The notes under the pieces are model-generated. The model saw only the letters and a program-made list of their open reading frames with translations. It searched no databases and had not been told where the DNA came from. A stretch of 64,000 nt of DNA, taken from the NCBI GenBank assembly GCA_022826645.1, contig JAJDUM010000046.1, positions 11,833 through 75,832 on the forward strand. The letters run 5' to 3'. The DNA comes from Candidatus Poribacteria bacterium (lineage in GTDB: Bacteria > Poribacteria > WGA-4E > PCPOR2b). Positions 49,531-58,689 of this stretch are shown piece after piece. Position numbers and translations under genes: made by a program. Positions within the stretch are counted from its first letter, which is position 1; every line of letters begins with the position of its first letter.

Positions 49531-49674
49531 ACGTATCTCCTTGATCTATAACACGGCTGGGAAATTCAGGCTTCTGGCAAAGCGTCTTGCCCCTTATGTG
49601 ACGGATTGCAGGGAGAGCACCAATGGGAGCCTGCCCTGAACTTGCCGAAGGGTTTCGGGATGACAGGAATGGTG

Positions 49675-49947
49675 TTATCCGCTTGTCAACATATTTTCGA
49701 CTTCAGAATGTGGACGCGGAATGACGTGGACGGAGACCAATTCTCCAACCACCTTTGCGGCCTCAGCGCCCGCTTCCACTGCGGCTTGAACTGCTCCGAC
49801 ATCACCACGAACCATGACGGTTACCAACCCACCGCCAATCTCCTCTTTGCTGACAAGCGTTACGTTAGCAGCCTTGACCATTGCATCTGCTGCTTCAATC
49901 GCACCAACCAAGCCTCTTGTTTCAATCAATCCTAGTGCTTCACCCAT
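49675..49947 (-). CDS. Bacterial microcompartment shell protein, BMC-H (PduA/EutM/CcmK family)
   Basis: [32 protein letters not shown]...[27 protein letters not shown] is an unmistakable BMC-H domain. AGGAGG RBS. Confidence 0.9.
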   Translation of the reverse strand: MGEALGLIETRGLVGAIEAADAMVKAANVTLVSKEEIGGGLVTVMVRGDVGAVQAAVEAGAEAAKVVGELVSVHVIPRPHSEVENMLTSG

Positions 49948-50079
49948 GTTATTTTCCTCCTAGTTGAAGTGCCAATTTGAAATGTACTTCATTTTAACAA
50001 GATCAGCGACGCTTATCAAGGAAAAAATCCGCTATATAGCGATAGGCTTCAAATAGCAGCTTCCACACCCGTCTATTAA

Positions 50080-50115
50080 AAACTTGACAAGGATACCCTG
50101 AGATGCTATCCTTTG
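50080..50115 (+). promoter_or_regulatory. Candidate sigma70-like promoter in the divergent region between the BMC-H gene and the 50222 gene
   Basis: TTGACAaggataccctgagatgcTATCCT (-35 TTGACA, 17-nt spacer, -10-like TATCCT); inference only. Confidence 0.25.
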
Positions 50116-50221
50116 TCTCTGTTTTGACCAAGAACTATTGTGGTATGTTACTGCCTCATCTATACCGCGACTTCGTCCGATAATCAACAACTATCAATTA
50201 ACCGGAGGGTCCCGACGAACA

Positions 50222-50578
50222 ATGTCTAAAGAACCGATTAGTCTTGCAGACGTCGAGGTTTTAGAAAAGCAGATTCGTCAAAATCGCGAAGATATCAATC
50301 TACTTAAACAGGAGATTGAGCGGCTATACACAGAACTGGGACTTTCATCAGATACTGAGGATTTTGATGCCCAATTAAGCAAGGAAGAGGTTCTCGAATT
50401 TGGGACACTCGGCGATGGGGTGGTCAAGGGAAAGATCAACTGGATGAACCCCTATCTCATCAGTGTTACAACCTCCGGGGAGGCTCCTGCGTCAGAAGTA
50501 TTAATCTTTAAGCATGCCCTCTGCTATATTCGCAAACCGGAAGAAAAATTGATTCCTCGTCGGGGCATGTATGTTTGA
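50222..50578 (+). CDS. Hypothetical protein (118 aa), divergent from the BMC-H gene
   Basis: Start MSKEPISLADVEVLEKQIRQN with GGAGGG upstream; N-terminal coiled coil; no domain assigned. Confidence 0.45.
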   Translation: MSKEPISLADVEVLEKQIRQNREDINLLKQEIERLYTELGLSSDTEDFDAQLSKEEVLEFGTLGDGVVKGKINWMNPYLISVTTSGEAPASEVLIFKHALCYIRKPEEKLIPRRGMYV

Positions 50579-50625
50579 AGAACTCGGATCAATGAGGCAA
50601 TTCATAGAGAAAGGAGGGGCTTATC

Positions 50626-51207
50626 GTGAATGCGCCCCAAGCTATACAATCTCTGCCAAAGGCTTTTCGATACAGCGACTACCTGAAATTGCCCGATGAT
50701 GATAATCTGTACGAGATTCTGAAAGGAGAGTTAGTTGTGCGAACTTCCCCAAATCGGGTTCATCAACGGTGTTCAATCCGGCTATCCGTTATTTTGTCGC
50801 TCCATGTAACCCAACATGAACTCGGGGAAGTTTATACCGCACCTTTCGATGTTATCCTTGATCCGGAAAATTCTGACCCTGAGATTTTGGTTAAGCCGGA
50901 TCTTCTGTTTGTTTCAAACGACCGCCTACAAATTATCACATCGGAAAACGTACAAGGTTCGCCAGACTTAATTGTTGAAATCCTTTCGCCATCAACCGCC
51001 AATACTGATCGAGATCAGAAATTTAAGATCTATCAAGAAGCAAAAGTTTCACATTATTGGATTATTGATCCAGCTGCTCAAACATTAGAGGAGTATATTT
51101 TGCAATCCGACAGATACTGCCGTTGTACATCTCATGTTAGCAATGATAAATTTCATCCATCGTTATTCCCGGAATTGGTGATTCGGCTTGAAGAGCTATG
51201 GAGCTAA
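50626..51207 (+). CDS. Uma2 family (DUF820) putative endonuclease
   Basis: Pattern ...EVYTAPFDVILD...PDLIVEILSPSTANTDRDQKFKIYQEAKVSHYWIIDP... is typical of the Uma2 restriction-endonuclease-like fold. Confidence 0.75.
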   Translation: MNAPQAIQSLPKAFRYSDYLKLPDDDNLYEILKGELVVRTSPNRVHQRCSIRLSVILSLHVTQHELGEVYTAPFDVILDPENSDPEILVKPDLLFVSNDRLQIITSENVQGSPDLIVEILSPSTANTDRDQKFKIYQEAKVSHYWIIDPAAQTLEEYILQSDRYCRCTSHVSNDKFHPSLFPELVIRLEELWS

Positions 51208-52073
51208 AACACATGCCTAATCCGATGTCTGAAACGTTAAACTTTCGCTCAATCGATCCGCTCATAGAATTAGCCTTTGAAGAGGATATCGGTATTGGTG
51301 ATATTACGACCGAATCCACAGTTCCTCCTACCCAGCAAGGGTCAGGCACCATTCTCGCCAAAACTGACGGTGTTATCGCTGGACTGCCAATCGCTCAACG
51401 CGTTTTTGAAAAGATTGATTCGCACCTTGAGTTCCGGCTGCTTGTTGTGGACGGTGACTATGTTGAAAGCATGACCCCGATAGCAAGGGTGGAAGGGAGC
51501 GCGAAATCTATCCTCACCGGCGAGCGCACTGCGCTCAACTTTCTGCAACGCCTTTCAGGAACTGCTACGCTGACCTCACGGTTTGTTGAAGCGACAGCCA
51601 AGTACAACGTCAAAATCATCGATACTCGCAAGACAACGGCTGGTTGGCGAACTATACAGAAGTATGCGGTTCGTATCGGTGGCGGACACAATCACCGCTT
51701 CGGACTTTATGACGGTGTTTTGATCAAGGATAATCATATTGTCGCTGCTGGGGGTATTGCGAAAGCGGTAGAACGGGCGCGAGCGATTGTACCCCACACG
51801 ATGAAGATCGAGATCGAAGTGGACACGCTCGATCAGGTGGAAGAAGCCGTTGCGGCGGGCGCAGACATTATATTGCTCGACAATATGCCAGTCAATTTTA
51901 TGAAGGCTGCCGTTGGAGAGATTGGCAATGAGGCACTCACTGAGGCATCAGGGGGAATCACATTAGATCAGGCGGAAGCGGTTGCAGCGACGGGGGTAGA
52001 TCTTATTTCCGTTGGTGCGTTGACTCATTCAGCGATGCCGTTGGACATAAGTTTGGACTTGGAGATTATGTGA
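51198..52073 (+). CDS. nadC: Nicotinate-nucleotide pyrophosphorylase [carboxylating] (quinolinate phosphoribosyltransferase)
   Basis: ...DITTEST...IIDTRKTTAGWRTIQKYAVRIGGGHNHRFGLYDGVLIKDNHI... are NadC signatures. The true start may be the ATG at 51213 (GGAG RBS) rather than 51198. Confidence 0.85.
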   Translation: MELKHMPNPMSETLNFRSIDPLIELAFEEDIGIGDITTESTVPPTQQGSGTILAKTDGVIAGLPIAQRVFEKIDSHLEFRLLVVDGDYVESMTPIARVEGSAKSILTGERTALNFLQRLSGTATLTSRFVEATAKYNVKIIDTRKTTAGWRTIQKYAVRIGGGHNHRFGLYDGVLIKDNHIVAAGGIAKAVERARAIVPHTMKIEIEVDTLDQVEEAVAAGADIILLDNMPVNFMKAAVGEIGNEALTEASGGITLDQAEAVAATGVDLISVGALTHSAMPLDISLDLEIM

Positions 52074-52079
52074 GTGGGT

Positions 52080-52640
52080 ATGAGGGAAAAGCCTACCAAT
52101 TGTAACAGAGTGAGGTTGGTCCAACCTTCTATTGTATACGCATCTGAGTATCTATCAATGGCAGAGGAATTTTGGGCGAAAGAATCTTGGGTAGCAGGTG
52201 AGAAGCGATTCCAAAACGATCGTAATCTCATCGAAACTAACTTCCCCGCCTATATTCGCCGCCTTGATGAAGAAAATCAAACCATCGGACTCAAGTCCGG
52301 TTACGTCCCAAGTACTACATTCTGGCTCGCAGCAAATAACACTAAAATTATCGGTGAAAGCCGGCTTCGTCATTGGTTGACAACATCTTTGGAATATGAG
52401 GGTGGCCACATTGGATATGTGATTCGTCCTTCGGAGAGGCGTAAGGGATACGGCACGCGTATACTTGCATTGACAATAGAAAAAGCGATAGATTTAGGAC
52501 TGAATCGCGTGTTACTGACCTGCGATACTGATAATATTGGTTCTGCACGTATCATTGAGCAAAATGGTGGAAAGTTGACCAGCCGAGGAATTTCAAACAG
52601 TTCCGGGAAACCGATTTCCCGATATTGGATTAATTTGTAA
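52080..52640 (+). CDS. GNAT family N-acetyltransferase
   Basis: ...GHIGYVIRPSERRKGYGTRILALTIEKAIDLGLNRVLLTCDTDNIGSARIIEQNGGKL is the acetyl-CoA binding motif A (R/Q-x-x-G-x-G/A). Start uncertain (ATG at 52080 or 52152). Confidence 0.65.
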   Translation: MREKPTNCNRVRLVQPSIVYASEYLSMAEEFWAKESWVAGEKRFQNDRNLIETNFPAYIRRLDEENQTIGLKSGYVPSTTFWLAANNTKIIGESRLRHWLTTSLEYEGGHIGYVIRPSERRKGYGTRILALTIEKAIDLGLNRVLLTCDTDNIGSARIIEQNGGKLTSRGISNSSGKPISRYWINL

Positions 52641-52887
52641 GCGCATCCATTAAGGCGCGACACCTGCCCTTCTGGTAGTGGATGGGCAAACTGATGTATT
52701 TTTTTATGTTAGGAGTTACGCACTTCAGTAGGGCACAACGATCGTTGTTCCCTACGAACCCTTGATAGACCCTCTATTGTAATTGCCCGATTTATCCCCG
52801 ATAAATCGCCGATGAATCGCCGAACTACAAGGTTTTGAACGTTCAACTGCGTAAGTCCTATATGTCTATGATTTTAGGAAACAGTGG

Positions 52888-53955
52888 ATGAAAGAGTTTG
52901 TTAGCAAATCGCTAAATCCGAAAAATTTTGCTCGTGGAATGCTTTTCTTCATACTATGCACAATTATTGGATTATGTCTCAGCTTCTTACGGAGTGATAC
53001 TGAAAATATCGGACTTGTCTCACGCTCGGTTGAGGTGAAGTTCCTGGTTCTTGCGGTGCTTTGCATGTTCTGCGATTGGTTGTCAGGTGGGGCACGTCTC
53101 TACGTTTTTGTTCGGAAAATGTCACCGCACGTGACATATCTGCACGGTTTAAGAGCTAATTTGGCAACGCTGTGTATCGGAGGAATCACACCCTTTCAAA
53201 CAGGAGGGCTTGGGCACCTTTACATTTTTAATCGAGCGGGTGTACCGTTTTCAGGCATTGTGACCACCGGCGTGATCAGTTTCATTGGCACCCTGACGTT
53301 CTTGATACTTTCGACAGGCTATGTCGTGCAGCGCGCCCCTGATTTCCTCCCCAAAGCAATCACGCTCGTCAGTCAGTATAGTCTTCTGATGTTCGCGTTT
53401 ACGCTTAGTGTATTCCTCTTTTTGCTCATCAAACCTGAAACGGTACTGCTTCCTCTGACCCGTATCCAACTGCCAGAGCGACGTGGTTTTCGACTTGCGG
53501 CGAGTCTTTTAGACCGTCTGATTCTCACCCTTGACAACGTGATTATGGAGCACAAAGCATTCACCCGTATGTTCGTCACCGAACATAAACTGGTCTGTCT
53601 GCTGAACTTCGTTTTTACGATGGGGATTTATATGAGCCGGTTCGTCGGCGGCTATGTTGTTGTCCGTGCGCTGGGAGGAAACGCTCCTTTTTGGCATGTT
53701 ATTGCCGTTCAAGTCATAATCAACTTTGTGACTTTATTCGCGCCCAGTCCCGGCGCAAGTGGGATTTCAGAGTTTTTGATTGCAATTCTGATGAAACCCC
53801 TCCTTGCCTCCGGGGCAATCGGTCTGTACGCACTCATAACACGATTCTTCACGATGTATTGCGGCGTTGCCGTTGGCGGAATTGTCTTGATGTCACAGCT
53901 GACAAAAGACCTCCGGCGTCAAGAACTAAAAGAAAATGAGGAAATCGCGGAATAG
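52888..53955 (+). CDS. Polytopic membrane protein, flippase-like / lysylphosphatidylglycerol-synthase TM-domain family (UPF0104-like)
   Basis: Seven to eight hydrophobic helices; pattern ...ATLCIGGITPFQTGGLGHLY... resembles the LPG_synthase_TM region. Confidence 0.55.
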   Translation: MKEFVSKSLNPKNFARGMLFFILCTIIGLCLSFLRSDTENIGLVSRSVEVKFLVLAVLCMFCDWLSGGARLYVFVRKMSPHVTYLHGLRANLATLCIGGITPFQTGGLGHLYIFNRAGVPFSGIVTTGVISFIGTLTFLILSTGYVVQRAPDFLPKAITLVSQYSLLMFAFTLSVFLFLLIKPETVLLPLTRIQLPERRGFRLAASLLDRLILTLDNVIMEHKAFTRMFVTEHKLVCLLNFVFTMGIYMSRFVGGYVVVRALGGNAPFWHVIAVQVIINFVTLFAPSPGASGISEFLIAILMKPLLASGAIGLYALITRFFTMYCGVAVGGIVLMSQLTKDLRRQELKENEEIAE

Positions 53956-53993
53956 ACCCATGAGGGGTTTATGGGTTCATCCACGTTTGACTG

Positions 53994-54992
53994 ATGAAGG
54001 CTTATGTTACCGGTGGAACAGGTTTTATTGGCAGCCATCTGGTTAAACAACTTGTCGATCAGGGCTATCAGGTTACCTGCTTGATCCGTAAAACGAGTAA
54101 TCTTTGCTGGCTCGCCCATCTGCTTACCGCAAAATCCCCGCAGGTCGAACTGGCCACGGGTGACCTCCAAGATTCCGATACTCTGGTAGACCACCTTCGA
54201 GATGTCGATCTGGTTTTTCATCTCGCCGGCTTGACCAAAGCACCGGACGCTGCAACCTACGACCGGGTCAATGCTGGGGGAACCCAGGCTCTCCTTGAAG
54301 CGTGTTTGGCTGCACAGACAGGCTTAGATCGATTTGTTCATTGCAGCAGTCTCGCTGCAGTTGGCCCAAGCCGCGATGCAACACCGCAGTCGGAAAGTGT
54401 TATGCCGCAGCCGCTGACGGACTACGGCAGGAGCAAGCTCAAAGGTGAGATGGTTGCTCGTGAGTATGCGGACCGACTGCCGATAACGATAATCCGTCCG
54501 CCAGCCGTCTATGGGCCGAGGGATGCAGACATCTTTCTCTTTTTTCAGATGATTAATCGGGGCGTAATGCCGATCCTTGGAGAGATGGAAAAGCTGCTGA
54601 GTTTGGTACATGTCAAAGATCTGGTAGCAGGAATTTATATTGCGGCTGCCTCCGAGCGCGCAATCGGTGAGACCTATTTTCTGACGGACGGCGAGATTCA
54701 TACATGGACGGGAATCGAGCGCGTAATTGCTGATGCGCTCGAGAAGTATTCGTTCAGGGTGAAAGTGCCGTTTTGTTTGTTAGATTTTATCGCGATCTTT
54801 GCGGAGGCTGCAGCAAAGGTTACACGCCAAACTCCAACATTGAACCGTCAAAAGGTGCAGGATCTGAGGCAGCGGTTCTGGATCTGTGACAGCACAAAGG
54901 CGCAAAAGGAGCTCGGCTATCGGCCGGCCTATCCCCTTCAAAAAGGGATAAGGGATACAGCGGAGTGGTATCGGGCGAATGGATGGCTCTAA
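53994..54992 (+). CDS. NAD-dependent epimerase/dehydratase (extended SDR)
   Basis: MKAYVTGGTGFIGSHLVKQLV Rossmann motif; 332 aa. Confidence 0.8.
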   Translation: MKAYVTGGTGFIGSHLVKQLVDQGYQVTCLIRKTSNLCWLAHLLTAKSPQVELATGDLQDSDTLVDHLRDVDLVFHLAGLTKAPDAATYDRVNAGGTQALLEACLAAQTGLDRFVHCSSLAAVGPSRDATPQSESVMPQPLTDYGRSKLKGEMVAREYADRLPITIIRPPAVYGPRDADIFLFFQMINRGVMPILGEMEKLLSLVHVKDLVAGIYIAAASERAIGETYFLTDGEIHTWTGIERVIADALEKYSFRVKVPFCLLDFIAIFAEAAAKVTRQTPTLNRQKVQDLRQRFWICDSTKAQKELGYRPAYPLQKGIRDTAEWYRANGWL

Positions 54993-55046
54993 TACAGGTT
55001 GTGTTTTACACAATCACAGTTATAACCTACTGCTCTGTCATATAAA

Positions 55047-55181
55047 TTATGATAAGCACCTTCATTGCGATGTCCGGTGCGGTTACAAACCGCACCTACC
55101 GGGCCTGGGGAACATAGAGAATTACCGATTTATGTTCTGAAACCTTATACAGTTTGTGCTACATGTTTCTGACAATGTACC
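55047..55181. repeat. About 135-bp dispersed repeat, copy B
   Basis: About 95% identical to 24363-24497 by inspection. Confidence 0.65.
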
Positions 55182-55298
55182 ACAACTATAGTAGATTTTA
55201 GAATTAATGAGACACTCCAAACCGGTGCGGTTGGAAACCGCACCTACCGGGAGGCGAAAGTGTCCATTTATTTTTAGAATCCACCATAATCTAAGGAG

Positions 55299-56216
55299 AT
55301 GAAAATTATGGCAACAACAATTGATCCAAAGAGTACGAGAATTGGCTGGGTTGGGACAGGCGTAATGGGACGCTGGATGTGCCAACATCTCATGGACCTC
55401 GGTTATTCAGCGACGGTCTACAATCGGACCAAAGCAAAGGCACAACCGCTGCTTGATGATGGTGCTTCATGGGCAGATTCGCCGAGTGAAGTTGCCGCAG
55501 CGTCAGATGTTATCTTCAGTATCGTCGGGTTCCCACCGGATGTGCGTGAAGTCTATCTTGGCGATAACGGCATTTTGAAGGGCGCGAAGCCCGATAGCAT
55601 TATTGTTGACATGACAACCACCGAACCATCGTTAGCGCAAGAGATTTACGCTGCAGCGAAACCGCAGGGCGTCTCATCCGTCGATGCGCCGGTCTCCGGC
55701 GGCGACGTTGGTGCGCGGGAAGCGCGACTTTCCATTATGGTGGGTGGCGATGGTGATGCCGTTGAAGCTATTATGCCGCTGTTTGAAGCGATGGGGAAAA
55801 ATATCGTGCATCAGGGCGGTGCAGGCGCAGGACAACACACAAAGATGTGCAACCAGATCACGATTGCCGGAACGATGGCTGGTGTCTGCGAAGCATTGCT
55901 CTACGGCTACAAAGCGGGCTTAGACTTGGAGACGATGCTTTCGTCGATTAGCGGCGGCGCAGCCGCTTGCTGGTCGCTTGACAACCTTGCCCCTCGTATT
56001 CTCCAACGCAATTTTGATCCCGGTTTCTTTGTCGAGCATTTCATCAAGGATATGGGCATCGCACTCGATGAAGCCAAGAAGATGAACCTTAGCTTGCCTG
56101 GCCTCGCACTTGTGCATCAAATGTATCTTGCCGTCCAAGCCCAAGGACATGGGCGCTTAGGGACGCAAGCACTTGTGCTTGCTCTAGAGCAGATGTCGAG
56201 TACGGAGATGAATTAG
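55299..56216 (+). CDS. NAD(P)-dependent oxidoreductase, 3-hydroxyisobutyrate dehydrogenase / tartronate-semialdehyde reductase family
   Basis: [17 protein letters not shown] Rossmann motif and family-like remainder; AAGGAG RBS. Confidence 0.8.
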   Translation: MKIMATTIDPKSTRIGWVGTGVMGRWMCQHLMDLGYSATVYNRTKAKAQPLLDDGASWADSPSEVAAASDVIFSIVGFPPDVREVYLGDNGILKGAKPDSIIVDMTTTEPSLAQEIYAAAKPQGVSSVDAPVSGGDVGAREARLSIMVGGDGDAVEAIMPLFEAMGKNIVHQGGAGAGQHTKMCNQITIAGTMAGVCEALLYGYKAGLDLETMLSSISGGAAACWSLDNLAPRILQRNFDPGFFVEHFIKDMGIALDEAKKMNLSLPGLALVHQMYLAVQAQGHGRLGTQALVLALEQMSSTEMN

Positions 56217-56261
56217 TTTATAACCGACTTCAAACATACGGTAGTTACACAGGAGAGCCCG

Positions 56262-56855
56262 ATGGCAAGGCAATTGAGGATGGTTCGACCCAATTTGGAG
56301 GGATTGCCCCAACTTGAGATTCCAGAGGGGTATGAACTCCGCACCTATCAAGAGGGGGATGATGTACACTGGGCAAATGTGATAAGCGACTCGTTTGGTG
56401 GTGAACGCACAGCTGAAGACGCCCGCCGTGATATTATGGATCGTGACGTGTTTGAACCGGGTGGGCTCTATTTCACAACCTATCAAGGCACGCCGGTTGG
56501 CACGACGTGCGCGTGGAAAGATACGCCCGATGAGACAGACGTTGGTATTGTCCACATGGTTGGCGTCCATTCTGCCCACACGGGACATAGGCTTGGTAGA
56601 TGCGTAACACTCAGCGTGTTACTGTATCTTCGCGATCACGGTTTCAAGTGCGCTAAACTGGGCACCGACGACTTTCGGTTGCCGGCAATCAAGACCTATT
56701 TGAACCTCGGTTTTCTGCCGGTCTACGTCGATATCACACAGCCGGGGCGCTGGCAAAAGATTTTTGAGAAACTCAAACTGCCAGCGATGCCAAATCAGTC
56801 AGAAAAAATCAGAACTGAGATTTCTGATGAAATGTGGGCGAAGGTGCAGCAGTGA
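56262..56855 (+). CDS. GNAT family N-acetyltransferase
   Basis: ...IVHMVGVHSAHTGHRLGRCVTLSVLLYLRDHGFKCAKLGT... is the GNAT motif A region. Confidence 0.65.
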   Translation: MARQLRMVRPNLEGLPQLEIPEGYELRTYQEGDDVHWANVISDSFGGERTAEDARRDIMDRDVFEPGGLYFTTYQGTPVGTTCAWKDTPDETDVGIVHMVGVHSAHTGHRLGRCVTLSVLLYLRDHGFKCAKLGTDDFRLPAIKTYLNLGFLPVYVDITQPGRWQKIFEKLKLPAMPNQSEKIRTEISDEMWAKVQQ

Positions 56856-56900
56856 GTTCCTGACAATTGGAAGTTGCGGTGCCGGTGTACTCCGCGAAGA

Positions 56901-58529
56901 ATGACACGCTTCTTTCGGACTGATCTGGTTCTCATTCCTATCCTGACGATTGCTTTCACTCTCCGAATCGCTGGGCTTGGTGTCGGCTTGCCCGACCGAC
57001 CTGATCCGCGTGAACCGCTGATTGCACAGGACATCCTGAATCTGATTGACCTTTCCGCTCTGCCTGAGATCTATAATTGGCCCGGAACTGCTTGGTTTCA
57101 TCTCATCGCGTTAATCGGACTGGTCTTAGATGCGTTGGGATTAGATCTTACAGTCTCTCAGGTCATCTGGCTGGGTCGTTTTATAAACGTCCTACTGTCA
57201 ACGGCGACTATCTGGCTGATGTACCGGGTTGGGCACAGGTTTTATAATCGTACTATTGGACTGATTGGTGGCGGCTTGCTCGCCGTAGCGATGCTTCATG
57301 CGACGAATGAGTCCCGCTTCGCGTTAGTCGACATCCCCGCCACTTTCTGTGTCGCTCAGCTGCTCTGGTTTTGTGCGCGTACAGAATCTGTTTCATTCCG
57401 TCGCCTCGTTTGGCTGGGTGTTATTGTAGGGATCGGCTTCGCGGTTAAGTACACAACGATTTTCGCAGGCTTGTCCGTCGTCGCGCTCCTACTCCTGCGA
57501 GCAGAGCATTTCCGAGCGCCAGATTCCTTTCTGAAGTTTGGAACTTTCGTCGGGGTCGCAGCGGCAGCGTTCACGATAATCTGCCCGTACTGGCTTATCG
57601 ATCTCTTCTCCTCAAAATGGAACCTATTCTTCGACGCCCTCCTTTACGAGTCCTCGCACTACCAAAGGGGACACTTTGGACTGTTTGCAACCGGTGACAT
57701 CAATTGGTTCAATCGGTTCACCTATCTGTGGACACTCCTGCGTTGGGGTATGGGCACGCCGTTGGCGTTGCTTGCAACTGCTGGAGTCGTACTGGCAATA
57801 ATCCGACGAAGAGACGGGGATAAAATTCTCCTCGCCCTTGTAATCCCCTATCTGCTATTTATCGGTCTACACAAGCTGAAATTTGCCCGCCATCTACTGC
57901 TGATTTATCCGGCGTTGGCCCTATTTGCGGCAGCTTGTATAGATAGCGTAGGTACCGCACTCTCTCAATGGAATTGGGCTCGTAAGAATTCGATTCTGAA
58001 ACAGTGGGCACCCCCTATCTTAGCCGTCATTATCGCTGGGGTAGGTGTATATTCACTGATCTACACTGCTGCCTTTGCTGGTGTAATGCGATCGTTACCG
58101 ACGACTATTGAAGCGGCTGAATGGATAGAATCGAATATCCCACCAGATAGCGCGGTTGAACGCGAACCTGAAATCTTGTTTGATTGGCTTTTCCCAGAAT
58201 TGGATAGAGAAGATACCGGGACCCAATCAGAATGGGTTATCGTCTCGATGCCAAATGCGGAGGTTTTTCTAAATTACGATGCGAAGCCTATGCACTACTC
58301 TGCAATTGATTGGTATCCGCTGGAGTCGGTTGATACAGAAACGGCGATGGAATTCTACGATCGGGTTCTCGGGCGGTCAAACCGATATGCCCTCACACAA
58401 GGGTTCCGGCGTGAACCGCACTTTCTCGGCATACCGATTTCAGACCATGGTGCTCCATTTCCGATACGAGCGTTGCTGCATCCAGAGATAAGGGTGTACC
58501 GGTTGAATAGCGGGAACGAATCCGATTGA
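56901..58529 (+). CDS. ArnT/PMT-like (GT39/GT83-type) membrane glycosyltransferase
   Basis: Multiple N-terminal TM helices with periplasmic loops, typical of dolichyl/undecaprenyl-phosphate-sugar dependent transferases. Start refined to MTRFFRTD (the track ORF starts at 56874). Confidence 0.55.
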   Translation: MTRFFRTDLVLIPILTIAFTLRIAGLGVGLPDRPDPREPLIAQDILNLIDLSALPEIYNWPGTAWFHLIALIGLVLDALGLDLTVSQVIWLGRFINVLLSTATIWLMYRVGHRFYNRTIGLIGGGLLAVAMLHATNESRFALVDIPATFCVAQLLWFCARTESVSFRRLVWLGVIVGIGFAVKYTTIFAGLSVVALLLLRAEHFRAPDSFLKFGTFVGVAAAAFTIICPYWLIDLFSSKWNLFFDALLYESSHYQRGHFGLFATGDINWFNRFTYLWTLLRWGMGTPLALLATAGVVLAIIRRRDGDKILLALVIPYLLFIGLHKLKFARHLLLIYPALALFAAACIDSVGTALSQWNWARKNSILKQWAPPILAVIIAGVGVYSLIYTAAFAGVMRSLPTTIEAAEWIESNIPPDSAVEREPEILFDWLFPELDREDTGTQSEWVIVSMPNAEVFLNYDAKPMHYSAIDWYPLESVDTETAMEFYDRVLGRSNRYALTQGFRREPHFLGIPISDHGAPFPIRALLHPEIRVYRLNSGNESD

Positions 58530-58689
58530 AATCTCCCTCAATCAGAGACGACGTGCTGTCCAATACCTCCAGAACCTGCCTCCCATAGACTGCTGGTGTT
58601 AGAGGCGTCAAACCTTTTGCACCTTCCTTCCCCGTGTGGTAGAATATTCCCACGCATCAAGCAGCATATCACGAAGAAGAGCACACAAA

